From: Candidatus Micrarchaeia archaeon
Lineage (GTDB): Archaea > Micrarchaeota > Micrarchaeia > Anstonellales > Anstonellaceae
Direction of reading: 5' to 3'
Assembly: GCA_041659465.1 (NCBI GenBank)
Contig: JBAZYD010000002.1
Coordinates: 30,253-94,252 of the forward strand
DNA length: 64,000 nt
Shown: piece by piece, positions 61,320-64,000 of the stretch
Numbering within the stretch: the stretch's first letter is position 1
Layout: each line of letters opens with the position of its first letter
Position numbers and translations under genes: made by a program
The notes under the pieces: model-generated
What the model saw: only the letters and a program-made list of their open reading frames with translations
Database searches by the model: none
What the model was told of the DNA's origin: nothing

Positions 61320-62747
61320 TTGGAAAAAATAAGCGAAGGTATCTGGGAAATGCCGCGCGAGGGCACCATGAGGGTGGCTGCGCGCGTGTTTGCGACCGAC
61401 AAGATGTTTGCAACAATGGGCAAGGACAGGACGTTCGGGCAGCTGAGGAACGTGGCGTCATTGCCTGGCATTGTGGGCAAGGCTTGCCTCATGCCAGACG
61501 GGCACGAGGGATATGGCTTCCCTATTGGCGGCGTTGCGGCATTTGACCCCGAGCAGGGGGGCGTGGTGTCGCCAGGCGGCGTGGGCTATGACATCAATTG
61601 CGGCGTGAGGCTGATTGCCACAGAGCTTCCCGCAGCCGAGGTGCGCGCGAAAATGCGCCAGCTTGTGGACCTGCTTTTCAAGAACGTGCCATCTGGCGTG
61701 GGCTCCAAGGGCAAGCTTCGCGTGACAGACCGCGAGCTTGATGAGGCGCTGACGCGCGGCATTGACTGGGCGATTGACTCAGGATACGGCACGCGCCAGG
61801 ACAAGGAAAGGACAGAGGAAGGCGGCAGGATGGAAGGCGCTGACCCGTCAGCTGTAACGGAAAAGGCGAAGAAGCGCGGCTTGCCGCAATTCGGAACAGT
61901 GGGCGCGGGCAACCATTTTGTGGAGATACAGGACGTGCAGGAAATCATGCTTCCTGAAGTTGCCGAGAAATTCGGCGTGAAGAAAGGCAACGCAGTAGTA
62001 ATGATACACTGCGGCTCGCGCGGATTCGGGCACCAGGTGTGCGACGATTCTTTGCGCGACATGCTTGCAGCCTCCCGAAAGTACGGGATTTCGCTTCCGG
62101 ATCCAGAGCTTTGCTGCGCGCCCATAAACTCCCCTGAGGCGGAAAAATACCTCAAGGGAATGCGCTGCGCTGTGAACTATGCATTCTGCAACAGGCACAT
62201 CATGATGCACTGGGTGCGCGAGACGTTTGACGAGGTGTTCGGCAAGGGCACGTCTGATGGCATGCCCCTCGTATACGACGTCTGCCACAACATCGCAAAA
62301 TTCGAGGAGCACACAGTTGACGGGCAGAGAAAGAAAGTGTGCGTTCACAGGAAGGGCGCCACGCGCGCATTCGCAGCAGGAAGAATCGAAGTGCCTGCAA
62401 TTTACAGGGACATCGGCCAGCCTGTAATCATCCCTGGCAGCATGGGCACATCCTCCTACTTGCTTGTAGGCAAGCAAGGGGCAATGGACAACACGTTCGG
62501 CTCCTCGTGCCACGGCGCAGGCAGGGCAATGAGCCGCTCCAAGGCAATACACACCTGGAAAGGCAATGCCATCTCAGCAGAGCTTTTGAGCAGGGGGATA
62601 TTGGTGAAGTCCACCGAGTCCGAACTTCTCGCAGAAGAGGCGCCGGGCGCGTACAAGGACGTCGACGAGGTCGTGCTTTCGGTAAAAGCCGCGGGAATAA
62701 CCGACATCGTGGCAAAGTTGCTGCCAATGGGCGTGGTGAAGGGATAA
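61320..62747 (+). CDS. rtcB: RNA-splicing ligase RtcB
   Basis: GYDINCGVR, HCGSRGFGHQV, GSMGTSSYLL and SSCHGAGR motifs. TTG start after GGTGAT. Confidence 0.9.
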   Translation: MEKISEGIWEMPREGTMRVAARVFATDKMFATMGKDRTFGQLRNVASLPGIVGKACLMPDGHEGYGFPIGGVAAFDPEQGGVVSPGGVGYDINCGVRLIATELPAAEVRAKMRQLVDLLFKNVPSGVGSKGKLRVTDRELDEALTRGIDWAIDSGYGTRQDKERTEEGGRMEGADPSAVTEKAKKRGLPQFGTVGAGNHFVEIQDVQEIMLPEVAEKFGVKKGNAVVMIHCGSRGFGHQVCDDSLRDMLAASRKYGISLPDPELCCAPINSPEAEKYLKGMRCAVNYAFCNRHIMMHWVRETFDEVFGKGTSDGMPLVYDVCHNIAKFEEHTVDGQRKKVCVHRKGATRAFAAGRIEVPAIYRDIGQPVIIPGSMGTSSYLLVGKQGAMDNTFGSSCHGAGRAMSRSKAIHTWKGNAISAELLSRGILVKSTESELLAEEAPGAYKDVDEVVLSVKAAGITDIVAKLLPMGVVKG

Positions 62748-62834
62748 ACGCTTCAAAAGAACATTCAAATAGCGCGGCTAATGCAAAGCTATATATAGTT
62801 GGTATATACACAAGCTATATATCAAGGTGATATG

Positions 62835-63089
62835 ATGGTATCTGCACAAGTTTACCTGGACGAGTACACGAATCACGTGCTCAACGTGATAAAGGCGAAA
62901 TTCGGGCTTACCGACAAGTCCGGTGCAATAAACAAGCTTGCCGAGATTTACGGCGAGGATTATGTGGAAAAGGATGCCAATGGCGAATATGTGAAAAAAA
63001 TACTCGATATTGAGGAGCGGCACTTCAAGAAATACGGCAATCGCAAGATGTCACTTAAGGAGCTTGATGCGCTTTGCGGTGATGGCTGA
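62835..63089 (+). CDS. antitoxin-like protein, TA pair 2
   Basis: MVSAQVYLDEYTNHVLNVIKAKFGLTDKSGAI is a paralogue of 29553-29789. GGTGA SD 4 nt upstream, the same geometry as pair 1. Confidence 0.7.
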   Translation: MVSAQVYLDEYTNHVLNVIKAKFGLTDKSGAINKLAEIYGEDYVEKDANGEYVKKILDIEERHFKKYGNRKMSLKELDALCGDG

Positions 63090-63361
63090 TGTTCGACTTT
63101 GACTTTTCAGACGAGCTCAAGATCAAGATAAGGAAGCTTGTGAAGAAGGACAGGAAAAAAGTCGAGATAATCAATAACAAGGTTAAGGATATCGTTAAAT
63201 GCAGCCCAACGGAGATAATGCACTACAAGAACTTAAGGCACGATATGAAAGAATACAAGCGCGTGCACATAAACACGCATTTTGTGCTCACTTTCAAGGT
63301 GGATTTGGTGAAGAATTTCGTGCTGTTTGTCGACTTTGACCATCACGACAAGGTGTACTGA
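63089..63361 (+). CDS. relE: RelE/ParE-superfamily toxin, TA pair 2
   Basis: ...YKRVHINTHFVLTFKVDLVKNFVLFVDFDHHDKVY is a paralogue of 29786-30055. TGATG overlap with its antitoxin. Confidence 0.7.
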   Translation: MFDFDFSDELKIKIRKLVKKDRKKVEIINNKVKDIVKCSPTEIMHYKNLRHDMKEYKRVHINTHFVLTFKVDLVKNFVLFVDFDHHDKVY

Positions 63362-63378
63362 CTTGACGATGGGATAAC

Positions 63379-64000
63379 ATGGTTCACTTCGCAGACTTTT
63401 GGGACGAGATATCCGACAAGAAAGCAGCAAGGCAAAGGGCGGCAGTCGTATTGCGGCTTATTGGAAAATATCATCCTGGTGCAAAAACGATACTTGAGCT
63501 TGGCGTGGGCAACGGCACAGTGCTTGCAGCTTTCCCCAAGCGTTTTTCTCTTTACGGGCTGGACATTGAACCCCGCTACCTGAAGCTTGCGAAAAAGAAA
63601 CTCCCGCGCGCGCATCTTTTCTGCGCGAGCATGCACAACTTTACAGCAAGGCGAAAATTCGACGTGATTTACTCAGTCTACGATTCAATGAACTTTCTTT
63701 CCTCATTCAGGCAATGGGCGCAAACATTCGCACGCGTGCGCTCGCACCTTGCAGAAGGCGGGATTTACATTTTCGACTGCTACACAAGCGAAATGCTGCC
63801 TGCGCTTTCAAAGATAAAGGGCGCAAGCGTGTCGGGCAATTCGCTTACCTGGACAATACGTATGGTGCGCAAAGGCAAAAAGCACCGCTTCAAATTCCGC
63901 GAACGCCTTTTCCCTGAGAAAAAAGTGGAGTGCGCGCTTGCCAAGCATCTCATTATACTGGAAAAACGACCTCTTTCAAAAACACGCCTGCTTTTCGTGA
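63379..64000 (+). CDS. class I SAM-dependent methyltransferase (3' end outside the window)
   Basis: Open frame from the ATG at 63379 to the window end; absent from the track, presumably because it has no stop. Motif I ILELGVGNG, motif II FDVIYSVYD. Confidence 0.7.
   Translation, partial: MVHFADFWDEISDKKAARQRAAVVLRLIGKYHPGAKTILELGVGNGTVLAAFPKRFSLYGLDIEPRYLKLAKKKLPRAHLFCASMHNFTARRKFDVIYSVYDSMNFLSSFRQWAQTFARVRSHLAEGGIYIFDCYTSEMLPALSKIKGASVSGNSLTWTIRMVRKGKKHRFKFRERLFPEKKVECALAKHLIILEKRPLSKTRLLFV

Overview
GC-rich archaeal chromosome segment, compact and mostly housekeeping. Archaeal assignment rests on Orc1/Cdc6, proteasome alpha, the exosome, S8e/L37Ae, RpoP, prefoldin beta, KEOPS subunits and a class III signal-peptide pilin. 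Recognisable genes: EndoQ, GNAT, Orc1/Cdc6, HisRS, thioredoxin, Lrp, ScpA/ScpB, a KaiC-like ATPase, TrpRS, an S-layer-like protein, a PPAT-NTPase fusion, a processive GT2, Cgi121, S8e, MtaD, a PfkB kinase, the psmA-SBDS-rrp4-rrp41-rrp42-L37Ae-rpoP-pcc1-pfdB superoperon, a DHH phosphoesterase, PurA, HtpX and RtcB. Most starts sit 3-7 nt after a GGTGAT/GGAGG Shine-Dalgarno. Several starts are TTG/GTG, and a few genes look leaderless behind TATA boxes. Pyrimidine-rich tracts, sometimes after a hairpin, follow highly expressed genes. Accessory content worth a second look: (1) a 6.4-kb AT-richer integrative element in tRNA-Thr(GGU), bounded by an exact 17-bp repeat, with integrase, RHH regulators, a Rep candidate carrying iteron-like 9-mers, and two paralogous 2-TM proteins with pilin-like N-termini; (2) a type IV pilus-like locus interrupted by a 1052-aa repeat-rich disordered protein; (3) a divergent Lrp / radical-SAM pair flanked by two paralogues sharing an N-terminal module, with its promoter/operator duplicated upstream of a 7-TM SWEET-like transporter next to a diverged scpB 3' remnant; (4) a divergent pair of winged-helix proteins sharing one TATA box; (5) a ~170-nt multi-hairpin element abutting one of two paralogous RelE-type TA loci; (6) several orphan genes. 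I found no rRNA genes and no CRISPR array. Many long ORFs in the track are antisense or frame shadows of GC-rich genes. All family assignments are motif recognition by eye; no searches were run.
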